Below, piece by piece: positions 12,656-26,575 of a stretch of DNA of 64,000 nt. The notes below the pieces were generated by a model. That model searched no databases and was not told where the DNA came from. It was given only the letters and a program-made list of their open reading frames with translations. A program made the translations under genes and the position numbers. Position 1 is the first letter of the stretch. The number at the start of each line of letters is the position of its first letter. The DNA is taken from the NCBI GenBank assembly GCA_964016885.1, contig OZ024741.1:215512001-215576000 (forward strand). The letters are read 5' to 3'. This DNA is from Eledone cirrhosa. Taxonomy: Eukaryota.

Positions 12656-13275
12656 CTAGCAGAAAAACCACCTTTCGGGTGGTTTTCTGCTAGCTTATGT
12701 AGTGTGCATATTGATATTATACGCAAATATATATGCATGTATATGATCAAATAAAATCGTAATTGACAATATGCACAGAAATTTAACGAAGTCTGTGTTA
12801 CGACGCTAACCTCAAGTGTTGAGATTTGACAATTTTAAAGAAGTGAATCTTGAAATAAGTATAAGATATTCATTCATTATTTATTCCGATGTGGATTGGC
12901 AGTATTGGTAGAGGGTCGGACGCCATGCTTTGACGCATGGAGTTACGGCCCTTGCCATTGTGAGTTCAAATTCCGCCGAGGTTAATTTTGCCTTTCATCC
13001 TTACGGGGTCGATAAAATAAAGTACCAGTAATACACTGGTTATTTGCTGGCCTTGTGCCTAACGTAGAAACAATTATTTATTCCGAGGTTAACTTTGCCT
13101 TTCATCATTATGGGGTCGATAAAATAAAGTACCAGGAATACACTGTGTAATTGCTTGCCTTGTGCCAAAAGTAGAAACAATTATTTATTCAAAGTAATCC
13201 AACCTATTTTACTAACGGGGTAAAACCTTATCAAACGGACGCTGTCCCGCACTCCTCCCTTTACTATATTATAGA
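12656..13275 (-). mobile_element. Non-autonomous Helitron
   Basis: Minus strand starts A|TCTATAATATAG and ends with hairpin GAAAACCACC-cgaa-AGGTGGTTTT then CTAG|T: the canonical TC...hairpin-CTRR termini at an A|T target. Confidence 0.75.
12886..13186 (+). mobile_element. tRNA-derived SINE with Deu/Nin-like central domain, plus a partial duplicate of its 3' half
   Basis: A box-like TGGCAGTATTGG, B box GAGTTCAAATTCC, then CCTTTCATCCTTACGGGGTCGATAAAATAAAGTACCAG; 3' part repeated at 13082-13186. Confidence 0.8.
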
Positions 13276-13394
13276 TATATATTTTTCAAGAATTCGTAGT
13301 TAGAATATTCCAAAACCTTCTTCAAGTGGCAAATCTAAAATGGAGGATAGGAACTATTGGTAAACGAGATAGAAGGAACTCATGTGTGATAACT

Positions 13395-14144
13395 TGTGTT
13401 GCTCTTGTTATCGATGCTGTTGTTGCTGTTGTTGCTGTTGTTGCTGTTGTTGTTGTTGCTATTGTTGATGTTGTTGTTGTAGCTGTTGTTGCTGTTGTTG
13501 ATATTGCTATTGTTGTTGTTGTTGTTTAGCTGTTGTTGTCGTTGTTGTTATTGTTGCTGTTGTTGTTGATGTTGTTGATGTTGTTGTTATTGTTGATGTT
13601 GTTATTATTGGTGTTGCTGTTGTTGCTGTTGTTGCTGTTATTATTACTGTTGTTGTTGTTGATGTTGTTGATGTTGTTATTGCTATTGTGTTGATGTTGT
13701 TGTTGCTATTGTTGTTATTGCTGTTGTTATTATTGCTATTGTTATTGTTTTCGTTGCTATTGGTGACGGTGGTGGTATTGATGTCGTTGCTGCTGTCCAC
13801 TTGTGTTGCTGTTTATGTATTGTTGTTGTGGGTATTGTTGCTGTTGTTGTTGCTGCTGGTGTTGTTGTTGTTGTCGTTGTTCTTTCTGCAACTATTGCTA
13901 CTATTGCTGTTGTTATTGTTGATGTTATTGCTGCTACTATGGTTACTGTTGTTATTGTTGTTGTTGTGGGTGTTGTTGTTGTTGTGGGTGTTGTTGTTTT
14001 TGTTGCTGTTGTTGTTGTCGTTGTTGTTTCTGCAGTTCTTGGTACAAATGCTGTTGTTGCTGGTATTGTTGTTGTTGTTGCTGTTGTTGTTGTTGTTGTT
14101 GTTGTCCTTGTTACTATTGTTGCTGGTATTGTTGTTGCTGTTGC

Positions 14145-14175
<31 letters not shown>

Positions 14176-14306
14176 GCTGTTGTTGTTCTTGTTACTATTG
14201 TTGCTGGTATTGTTGTTGCTGTTGCTATTGTTGTTGTTGTTGTTGTTGATGTTGTTGCTGTTGTTGTTCTTGTTACTATTGTTGCTGGTATTGTTGTTGC
14301 TGTTGT

Positions 14307-14338
<32 letters not shown>

Positions 14339-14387
14339 CTGTTGTTGTCCTTGTTACTATTGTTGCTGGTATTGTTGTTGTTGTTGC

Positions 14388-14426
<39 letters not shown>

Positions 14427-14465
14427 CCTTGTTACTATTGTTGCTGGTATTGTTGTTGCTGTTGC

Positions 14466-14505
<40 letters not shown>

Positions 14506-14699
14506 CTTGTTACTATTGTTGCTGGTATTGTTGTTGCTGTTGCTATTGTTGTTGTTGTTGTTGTTGATGTTGTTGCTGTTGTTGTTCTTGTTACTATTGT
14601 TGCTGGTATTGTTGTTGCTGTTGTTGTTGTTATTGTTGTTGTTGTTGATGTTGTTGCTGTTGTTGTCCTTGTTACTATTGTTGCTGGTATTGTTGTTGC

Positions 14700-14740
<41 letters not shown>

Positions 14741-14783
14741 CTGTTGTTGTTCTTGTTACTATTGTTGCTGGTATTGTTGTTGC

Positions 14784-14827
<44 letters not shown>

Positions 14828-14946
14828 CTGTTGTTGTCCTTGTTACTATTGTTGCTGGTATTGTTGTTGCTGTTGTTGTTGCTGTTGTTGTTGTTGTTGA
14901 TGTTGTTGCTGTTGTTGTTCTTGTTACTATTGTTGCTGGTATTGTT

Positions 14947-14982
<36 letters not shown>

Positions 14983-15017
14983 ACTGTTGTTGTTGCTGTT
15001 ACTGTTGTTGTTGTTGG

Positions 15018-15048
<31 letters not shown>

Positions 15049-15115
15049 TTTGTTGTTGTTGTTCTTGTTACTATTGTTGCTGGTATTGTTGTTGCTGTGG
15101 TTGCAATGTTGTGAG
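13395..15115. repeat. (GTT)n-derived minisatellite, ~70-90 bp unit anchored on GTTACTATTGTTGCTGGTATT
   Basis: Anchor recurs about 13 times between 14110 and 15090. Confidence 0.9.
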
Positions 15116-15404
15116 AAATAGAAATGTGATGCAGCTTGGGGGCAAAAGAGAAAAAAGAAATATGACAAATAATAATAATAAACATAAAAAGAACCCAAAC
15201 AGATAAAACAAAAACAAATGAAGAAAATAACGCGGCAAGATAAAAGCAATGAACACGTGATGATTTGGTAGATCGAAGCAGAGGTGTATTGATGGTGGTG
15301 TTGGTGGTGATGGTGTGTCGGTGGTTGCGTGGGCAGTGGCCAGGTTGCAGCGGTGTGGGTGCGGGCCGAGACGAGGTAGTGAGAGTGCGGGTAAGTTAGC
15401 AGGG

Positions 15405-15429
15405 TGGTGGTAGCAGTAGTAGTAGCAGC

Positions 15430-15468
<39 letters not shown>

Positions 15469-15481
15469 CGTCGTCGTCGTC

Positions 15482-15532
<51 letters not shown>

Positions 15533-15594
15533 ACAGCAGCAGTTGTAGTAGTAGTAGTAGTTGTTGTTGTTGTTGTTGTTGTTGTTGCAACAAC

Positions 15595-15644
<50 letters not shown>

Positions 15645-15687
15645 CAGCAGCAGAAGAAATAGCAGCAGTAGCAGCAGCAGCAACAAC

Positions 15688-15784
<97 letters not shown>

Positions 15785-15880
15785 ACAGCAGCAGTTGTAG
15801 TAGTAGTAGTTGTTGTTGTTATTGTTGTTGTTGTTGTTGCAACAACAGCAGCAATAGTAGTAGTAGTAGTAGTAGTAGTA

Positions 15881-15930
<50 letters not shown>

Positions 15931-16038
15931 TGTTGTTGTTGTTGTTGTTGTTGCAACAACAGCAGCAATAGTAGTAGTAGTAGTAGCAGCAGCAGCAGAA
16001 GAAGAAATAGCAGTAGTAGCAGCAGCAGCAACAACAAC

Positions 16039-16070
<32 letters not shown>

Positions 16071-16107
16071 CAGAAGAAATAGCAGCAGTAGCAGCAGCAG
16101 CAACAAC

Positions 16108-16146
<39 letters not shown>

Positions 16147-16147
16147 T

Positions 16148-16212
<65 letters not shown>

Positions 16213-16320
16213 CGTAGTAGTAGTTGCTGTTGTTGTTGTAGCAGCAACAACAGCAGCAGTAGTAGTAGCATAAGCAGCAGTAGTAGCAGCAGCAGCAGTA
16301 GCAGCAGTAGCAGTAGCAGC
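15405..16320. repeat. (GTA)n/(GCA)n/(GTT)n compound triplet repeat
   Basis: Direct reading. Confidence 0.95.
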
Positions 16321-16518
16321 CATGATGACATGTTACAAGAAGAGAAAGTCGTTGAGAGTGGGCGGGGGGGGGGGGGATTGTCCTTTAGTATTGTACAAGA
16401 AAACATGATGGAGCGGTCACGTGGTTTTTAGAATTGAGAAGGGAAAATAGAAATATATAGAATAAATGAGGGTAGAAGGTGGGGAGTGGGATTATATTAG
16501 TGTATATATATTTATAGA

Positions 16519-16574
<56 letters not shown>

Positions 16575-16596
16575 ATAATAATAATAATAATACTAT

Positions 16597-16634
<38 letters not shown>

Positions 16635-16682
16635 ATACTGCTGCTGCTGCTATTACTAATGCTGTTGCTGCTGTTGCTCCTG

Positions 16683-16746
<64 letters not shown>

Positions 16747-16822
16747 AGCAACCACCCCCGCAACTACCACCACCACCTCCACCACTACCTCCATCACCAC
16801 CACCACCAGTACTACTACTATT
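16519..16822. repeat. (CTA)n/(TAA)n/(CCA)n compound repeat
   Basis: Direct reading. Confidence 0.95.
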
Positions 16823-16849
16823 ACAAAGTCAGTGCTGTGTTGGACCTCC

Positions 16850-17345
16850 GTATGTTCCGACGAGGAGTGTTCCAGTTGATTCAATCGTGAAAATAACGTG
16901 TCAGTGACGGAACTTTCCATAGACATGGTTGTTCTCAGGGAGATTCAGCGTGTCATACAGAGTGTGGGCTAAGACTGCGGTTACAATCTATCTTGTAATA
17001 CAATGTAAGTGTCTTGGCATTCTACAGACACGTGTACTGTTAAGGTAACTATCAGGGAGATTCAGCATGCGACAATGTGTGAGAAGCATGGCTCTTTGAT
17101 TTACAGGTATAGCCTATCCTCAATGGGTACATGGTTGAGCATTCCACAAATACGTGTACCCTTAACAGAGATCTCAGGAGAATTCAGAATGTCATATCGT
17201 GTGATAAGCCTGGCTCATTTGAATTGCAGGTACGAAACATTTTTTTGTCATTTGAGGGAACAGGAACGACGAAAATTAAAGTGTCTTGCTCAAGGACACA
17301 ATGTGATGCCGTCATTCGAACTCGCAACCTTATGATTCTGTGGCA
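16850..17345 (-). mobile_element. Degenerate SINE with three ~120-bp internal repeats
   Basis: TCAGGGAGATTCAG-like units at ~16935, ~17052 and ~17173; GTGTCTTGCTCAAGGACACAA and ATTCGAACTC (reverse B box) at 17281-17323. Confidence 0.55.
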
Positions 17346-17382
17346 TGTTTCATTCTTAGACATACAGGTACAATCTATCTGA

Positions 17383-17515
17383 CGGGCTTCCAAACAGTTT
17401 CCGCCCACCCAATTCAATTCACTGGGCGTGACCGCTCGGCCTGAGGCTACAATAAATGACAATTACCCGAGACGTCAGGAACTGGGGACCTAATGATCAC
17501 AGAGTGAATATGTAG
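17383..17515 (-). mobile_element. Degenerate SINE fragment
   Basis: GGGCTTC..CAGTTTCCG....CTCGGCCTGAGGCTA resembles a second cephalopod SINE family (recall only). Confidence 0.35.
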
Positions 17516-17814
17516 ATCATTCGGGGTCACACATACAAGCACACACTTGTGGATATATATACCTGACACACAAGCCAACACTTGTGGATATATATATATA
17601 TAAACACACAGATACAGACACACAAACGAACACACAAGCCCACAGTTGTGTTTATATATATACACAAAAACACAAACGCTCACACACAAGCCCCCTGCTG
17701 TGGATATATATATACATACATACACAAACACACGCCCACACCGGTGGATACACACACACACACATACACACACGCACAAGCGACCACATAGGCCACACAC
17801 ACACATATGTATAA

Positions 17815-17980
<166 letters not shown>

Positions 17981-17996
17981 ATATATATATGTATAT

Positions 17997-18032
<36 letters not shown>

Positions 18033-18654
18033 TTGTATTAATCTCCAGAGTCTAGCTATTCATTTTCTTGATTTTTTTTAGTTAATTCTATTGACTGATG
18101 AATAGCTTCTGTTAACTTTAAAACCATTCTGTTGAGAACTTAATTCGTTTTGTGATATTTTGCAATTTTGCAATTACACATACTGAATTCATCCGCCAAA
18201 AATAAGGGTTGCCTCCCTTGCCGAGCCCCACGTGGGTATTGGTAACGGTCAATCCTTGGCCTGGCACTTGAACTAAAACCTGTTGAGAAAGTGAATCCTT
18301 GTTCAATCATCTTACCAAAAGCTTAGCGGACAGTACTTGATTTAGGAGTCGCAGAAACCCAAATGCTGGATTTTCACCAACCATCCAGGGGACTGGGTAA
18401 ATTTTTCAATCATATATTTTTATATTTGTTTGACCCGAATTACTTGGTCGTTTCTATGGCTGTGCGGATAATGGTTTAACCATCATCTCAGTGTGTTTGG
18501 CCTTTTAACGTATGTTGTAGCTCTGGTTCGTTCAAATCTATTGAGTGCTTGCCACACATCTCGGAAGTTGTTTTTCGCTAATTTCCAATAGCCGAAATAC
18601 GATTCTCACTAATTTATATTTATATATATATATATATAATATATATATATAGTT

Positions 18655-19119
18655 ATACTTGGGGAGGGTCATATTTGTATAATAATATTGCCAGAATTAA
18701 TAACAGAACACACTCACTGTTTGGTTGGTTTTCTCTTCTGTGTCTTTTATATCGGTTAATTTAATTTATTCGGTCCTCAATGTTGCCATTGACTGACCAA
18801 CGATAAAAAATACAGATACAATATAGACACAAACACATATATATAGTCTATCAAAGTTCTTTCGTTGCACATCTGCAACATCGTCAGTGTTGCTATTATG
18901 TTTCCTCTCGTTTCATTGTATGCTTACACCATCTTTATTTAGTCTGTTTATTTATTTGTTTATTTGTTTGTTTTCTCTGCGCATGCGTTCGCGTGTGTGT
19001 ATAATGTTTTGTTTGATGTATGTTCTTGTTTAGGTGACTGTGTATTGGTTAATGTATTCTATCTTAGTTTACTAGTGTGTGTTTATATGTGTTTGTTGTT
19101 ACTGTGCTTGTGTATGTAT

Positions 19120-19166
<47 letters not shown>

Positions 19167-19175
19167 TATATATAC
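18655..19175 (-). mobile_element. Family B HHR element copy 2
   Basis: Starts TACTTGGGGAGGGTCATAT after (TA)n; similar to 62002-62372 and the reverse complement of 9565-10050. Confidence 0.8.
18843..18896 (-). ncRNA. Hammerhead motif, family B
   Basis: ATAGCAACA-CTGACGA-T-GTTGCA gatg TGCAAC-GAAA-GAAC-TT-TGATAGACTAT; intact core, weak stem I. Confidence 0.6.
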
Positions 19176-19176
19176 A

Positions 19177-20103
19177 TACATAACAACATAAACGGAGAAA
19201 GCTATTAGCGATACTCCGACCAATTTCCAACTCATTCAACAAACATTAGGAAATACCGGAGTATATTCCCAATTAAACGTTTCGAGTGCTAACTATGTTG
19301 TATTGTGTGGATAATTGTCTGTATTATTTTATATGATATATATTAAAGATCTCATTTCCCAAACGAGTCGTTTCATTGTAAGATGTCTACATGGTGGGTG
19401 AAATTATACCAAGTTATGTAGAAACTTGTGTAAGATCAAGTTGGCTCTTACAAATCTTCAGTGGGTGCCCAAGTAATATTAATATTAATAACTAAATCAA
19501 CATCAATGTTTAGCGATAATCACCATCAGTGCTAGAAAGATCTGCTAAGTTGTAAGTCCAGCAGTTCGAAAGAAAATCTCACACTGTCCCCAAAAAGGGA
19601 GGAGGAGGCTACCGTGAAAAATAATACACACGCAGGTCGTTCAACTCTGACAAGAATTCAAGCCTCGTGCGAAGAACTCAATTGGATATAAAAAAATATA
19701 TATATGTGTGCACTGTTTAATGACACATAGAGATATTTTCTCAGGCAAAATAACAGATATGAGATATAGGAACAAACAATCAATATTCATATAAAAAAAT
19801 AAACAAAGAGAGTCATACATTATATCGGGAAAGTTCATTTCTGGTGATCCAAGAGTACATAACAACATAAACGGAGAAAGCTATTAGCGATACTCCGACC
19901 AATTTCCAACTCACTCAACAAACATTAGGAAATACCGAAGTATATTCCCAATTAAACGTTTGGTGTGCTAACTATGTTGTATTGTGTGGATAATTGGCTG
20001 TATTATTTTATGAGATATATTAAAGATCTCATTTCCCAAACGAATCGTTTCATTGTAAGATTTCTACATGGTGGGTGAAATTATACCAAGTTAGGTAGAA
20101 ACT
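19177..20103 (-). mobile_element. Partial-tandem HHR element, 679-nt period
   Basis: 19177-19425 repeats at 19856-20103; a diverged 3' fragment of the family lies at ~7880-8025. Confidence 0.8.
19358..19465 (-). ncRNA. Type I hammerhead motif with a large stem II insertion
   Basis: CCCA-CTGAAGA-TTTGTAAGA...(~60 nt)...TCTTACAAT-GAAA-CGACTCG-TT-TGGG. Confidence 0.7.
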
Positions 20104-20562
20104 TTATATATATATGTATATGCATATATGTATATATAGATATATGTATATATGTGTGTGTGTGTGTGTGTGTTTTGTAACAATTTAACTTTCTTCAATT
20201 TGGCATTAAATCTTTTATATTTTCTTATGTATATTTATTTCTTCCTTGAATTTTATTAAATTTTATTTAGGTATTAAATTTTATTAACTTTTCTGTGTTT
20301 ATATATTAAATTGTATTTATTTTTTATTCATTTATTCAATTTTTTTCAGTTTCTTTTGTTTATTGGAGAGGGGGCTGTCTTTTCTCTAGATCGATACAAT
20401 TTCAAAAATTAATTCCCAGATATAATCGTCAATTGGTAAATTGAAGGAAACATTTTTGACAGATGAGAATAAATTTTATAAAAAGATATAAAATAAATTT
20501 ATAGATTGCTACTATTATTCATACGTCGAATTAGCAAATCGTTTAAACGTCTCTCAGCGGGC

Positions 20563-20625
<63 letters not shown>

Positions 20626-20669
20626 ATATGTGTGTGTGTATAGAAAATTGTATACATACACACACACAA

Positions 20670-20817
<148 letters not shown>

Positions 20818-20834
20818 GTATATATATATAAATC

Positions 20835-22072
<1,238 letters not shown>

Positions 22073-22600
22073 TCGGATTGGGTGAAATTCAGGTACCTTC
22101 CACACTGGAGAATTGAATGCAATGGAAAAGATATGGAAATCAAACCTGCCGGCCAAACTGAAAAGGAATTTCTTCAGAGCTGCTGTGGAATATGTGCTTG
22201 TTTATGGCTCTATCACTTGGACGCTAACGTCGAAACCGGAGAAAAAGCTAGACGGGGCATACACACGTATGCTCCGCGCTGCTTTAAACGTGTCTTGGAG
22301 GGAACACCCAACAAATAAGGATCACGATGGCAATATACCACCTATCAGCAGGTCAATACGTGGACAGAGACTCAGATTTGCTGGCCACAGTTGGCGCAGC
22401 AAGGAATAAATAGCAGGTGATGTGTTGTTATGGAGTCCATCTCATGGAGCAAGAAACGCTGGTCCTCCCAAGAAGACATACGTCAAGCAACTTGAGGACA
22501 ATACTGGATGCACTGTGGAAGAACTTGCAAACGCTATGAGAGACAGAAATGGATGGAGGAAGCGTGTCGTAGAAAGCCGAGCAAGCTCGACCTGATGATG
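22073..22600 (+). pseudogene. RTE-type LINE C-terminal region and 3' end
   Basis: KIWKSNLPAKLKRNFFRAAVEYVLVYGSITWTLT...LDGAYTRMLRAALNVSW...RLRFAGHSWR...DRNGWR, one internal stop, (TGA)n tail. Confidence 0.9.
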
Positions 22601-22734
22601 ATATATATATAACGCGCAGGTTATATTTGAAATTCTTCGACGATGCACTAATCCCAAAATGCAGATAATTCTATACACCCTCGGTTGCTATTAAAAAATA
22701 GCTTAGAAAATCGGTTTAGAGGTATTTGGGATCC

Positions 22735-22849
<115 letters not shown>

Positions 22850-23369
22850 AAGGTTAGTAAAATCGAAGTTATGACGGTGGCCAAGATGACGAGATACAAT
22901 TATGTTTGCGCAAAGCACTCGATACGGATGTATCACCTTAGAATCATTAACATATATATATATAAGCGTGTGTCTGTGTGTGTGAGTGTGTGCGTGTGTG
23001 TTTATAATACAAGATGGAGAGTTACTACAATTCGTACGAAAGATCCAGCTATCATATTATGGGTATACGATTTTCCGCTGAAACATTCATTGGCTGACAA
23101 TGAAGCATTCATGCTAGAGCTATGAAATCTTGAATGCAATAATTTCAACTCTTCTTACCAATAACTGCATCGTTTCTTCCCATGGGTGATGTTAAATCAA
23201 TAAACCTTATTTGGTCATTCTATGAGAGCATCTTGGTTAGCCTTATGAACGTTTGTTTGTGTGTGTTTGCACGCATCATATAAACTTGCTTATGTGACGA
23301 GCTGTCCAAAAAAGGGTCCGACCCTTTATTTTGTTTGTACCCTGAACTACTGATCGACATCGACATTGA

Positions 23370-23805
23370 ACTACTTTAAAACAATAGCGTAAGGTCTTCA
23401 AAATGCTTTTAATTAAGCATACTGTGTATTGTAAAATACACTATATATACATTCATATATATATCGCTATTTCAGAGCACCAATTCTAATTTTCAATTTT
23501 TGCTGGACCGCCAACCGCTCTGTATAATCAGTTCCTCATTATTACTGGAATTCTATAAGAATCCAACATTCATAATTTTCAGCAAACAGGGGAGTAGTGA
23601 GCTTTGATAAGTACCAACACTTACGAAACAGAGCTCTGTCAGCTTATCTCCCCTGTTTGCTGAAAATTATAGTAAGTGACATTATCACTACTTTAAAACA
23701 ATAGTGTAAGGTCTTCAAAATGCTTTAAATTAAGCATACAGTGTATTGTAAAATACACTATATATACATTCATATATATATCGCTATTTCAGAGCACCAA
23801 TTCTA
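23370..23805 (+). mobile_element. Retrozyme-like element, 317-nt monomer (~1.4 copies)
   Basis: 23370-23488 repeats at 23687-23805 around an HHR; a related fragment lies at ~33243-33395. Confidence 0.75.
23572..23670 (+). ncRNA. Extended type I hammerhead with U3-A8 core variant
   Basis: 23-bp perfect stem + TAGT/AT internal loop + GAGCT-TTGATAA-GTA ccaacact TAC-GAAA-CAGAGCTCTG-TC-AGCTT; GUC triplet. Confidence 0.8.
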
Positions 23806-23873
23806 CTATATCTATATATATATATATAGTGACGAAACATAAGTCAATTGCATGAACTCAGAATCCTTTATTT

Positions 23874-23929
23874 ACTGCTATATATATTTCGATGATAGCC
23901 ATTGATTGGCTATGACCGCATCAGGCAGT
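23874..23929 (-). ncRNA. Degenerate hammerhead motif (A9 to C), same family as 3805-3859
   Basis: ACTGC-CTGATGC-GGTCATAGCCA atcaa TGGCTATCATC-GAAA-TATATA-TA-GCAGT. Confidence 0.65.
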
Positions 23930-24580
23930 TAGTCAGTTCTTAGATATGCCAGCTCTGTGTTTATAGTGTTGATCGTATCAGAGCCTTGGGACATATGAGC
24001 TTCTTAGGAATAATTTAATGTTGTCAGCAGGAATAGTCTTAATTCTCATTGGTCAGTTTGAAGATGCTAGTAGGGTTGGTTATTAGACCTCAAAGAGGCA
24101 GGTGGTGTTGTAAAGTTCAAACCATCAGACAAGATGACAATAGTTCCATATGACTGATTTTCACAAAAAGCATTCCTGGTCAGATATATATTCAATTAAG
24201 GTTAATAGTATGAAATAGATACTACAGGACATTCATAAAATGAGGAATTTATGTGGAAGTGGTGCTACTGAAAATTATGGTTAGAGTAGAAAATTTACAA
24301 ATAAAAAGACTTATGTAGGTTGGCTTGCACGTACACTCACACCCACCTCCACAGACACACACACACATCCACACATACAAATTGAGGAATTAATGTGGGG
24401 TGGTAATACTTAAAATAGTGGTTAGAGTCAAATACATAGATAGTTTAGAAAATTTAAAAATAAAAGGCTTATGCTGGTTGACTTGTACATTCACTCACAC
24501 CTACCCCCTCAGACACGCACACACATCTACACACACAAATCCATGTAGGTGTGTATATATATATATATATGTACGCACAA

Positions 24581-24634
<54 letters not shown>

Positions 24635-24678
24635 AAATACATATATGCATAAAATATATACACATATAAAATATATAC

Positions 24679-24750
<72 letters not shown>

Positions 24751-24752
<2 letters not shown>

Positions 24753-24936
24753 AACAAGTAAGACCCCGACGACTGAGCTCAAGCCGTTTCGACGGCTAAT
24801 TCTGAATTAGCTATCGAAACGGCTTGAGCTCAGCCTTCGGGGTCTTACTTGTTCCTATTACCCACTCTACTACCCTAAGTATTGAGTATTTTGGTGCGTT
24901 ATGGTCCACCTGGTTCCTTACCACATTTCCTTCGTT
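24751..24936. mobile_element. Family A fold-back element copy 2
   Basis: Inverted arms meeting at GCTAATTCTGAATTAGC (~24803); (TA)n on both sides. Confidence 0.85.
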
Positions 24937-24978
24937 ATATATATATATATGTATATGCATGTATATATATATATATAG

Positions 24979-25065
<87 letters not shown>

Positions 25066-25198
25066 CATACATATATATATATATTAATAAAAGGAATTCC
25101 AACTTTGTCTGATTTACTCGTTATATTTATAATCCTTTAAAATTTTAATGATATTATAATGAAATAGTATGGTGGAATATTAAATGTTAAGTGTTAAT

Positions 25199-25237
25199 TG
25201 AACAAGTACTTTCATGCTTTCGCAATCTTCAGGTTCA
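25199..25237 (-). ncRNA. Minimal type I hammerhead ribozyme (39 nt)
   Basis: TGAAC-CTGAAGA-TTGC gaaa GCAT-GAAA-GTAC-TT-GTTCA. Confidence 0.8.
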
Positions 25238-25497
25238 TATTCAGTGGTGACTGTCAAGTTTGCAATTTTCATATATATACTTGGGTCGAGTGAGACATTC
25301 ATATTACATACATTAATTTCAACGCTTCTTATTATAAAGTGCATTATTTCTTTCCAGGGACTATAGAGAAAATTATCCTCATTTGCTTCCTTCCATGGTC
25401 AGCTTATCAACTTTTCAGACTATGAAATTTTTAGTTGATGGAGAAACGAGAAATATATGTCAACAACGACAGAGAACCTCTTTAACTCTGCTTGTAA

Positions 25498-25577
<80 letters not shown>

Positions 25578-25687
25578 TATGTGCCGTGACACACACTGAC
25601 ACACACATAAACACACACCCGGACACACACACTGATACTCACACATGAATACATACACTCGCGTAGATACGCATACTCACACAAACA

Positions 25688-25804
<117 letters not shown>

Positions 25805-25850
25805 ATATATATAATATATAATATATATATACATACATATATATATTCAT

Positions 25851-25944
<94 letters not shown>

Positions 25945-25965
25945 ATGTATATATATATATATATG

Positions 25966-26041
<76 letters not shown>

Positions 26042-26056
26042 GTATATATATATATG

Positions 26057-26078
26057 TAAGAATATATATATATGTTTG

Positions 26079-26132
<54 letters not shown>

Positions 26133-26256
26133 CAAACATATATATATATTCTTATTTTATATATATTTTTTATTTTATTTATTTTTTTATTTATTTATTA
26201 ATTTTTTTTCTCTTCGTGCAATGGCCATACTCGATAACGATGGGGCAGCCATAATG

Positions 26257-26296
<40 letters not shown>

Positions 26297-26370
26297 CATT
26301 ATGGCTGCCCCCTCGTTATCGAGTATGGCCATTGCAGGAAGAGAAAAAAAAAAATAAAAATAAATAAATA

Positions 26371-26390
<20 letters not shown>
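26057..26390. repeat. Two adjacent (TA)n-centred palindromes
   Basis: 26057-26153 (TAAGAATATA..TGTTTGTATTTA / TAAATACAAACA..TATTCTTA) and ~26165-26390 (TGCAATGGCCATACTCGATAACGA / TCGTTATCGAGTATGGCCATTGCA). Confidence 0.85.
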
Positions 26391-26411
<21 letters not shown>

Positions 26412-26575
26412 TATATATATACATACACACATATACATTAATAACAATAATAATAATAATAATAACAACAATAATAATAACGACAACAACAATAATAATA
26501 TACATATACATATATATATACACACACACGCACACACATAAACATATCTATACACACACACACACACGATAGCAA

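Noticed and set aside
15270-15396. GC-richer segment ending in CGG|GTAAGT, a possible exon
   Set aside because: Good donor, but weak acceptor and no recognisable peptide
18090-18150. CTGATGA at ~18095 (also CTGANGA at ~28606, ~55115, ~57866, ~58575)
   Set aside because: No matching stem II, GAAA, UH and stem I arrangement
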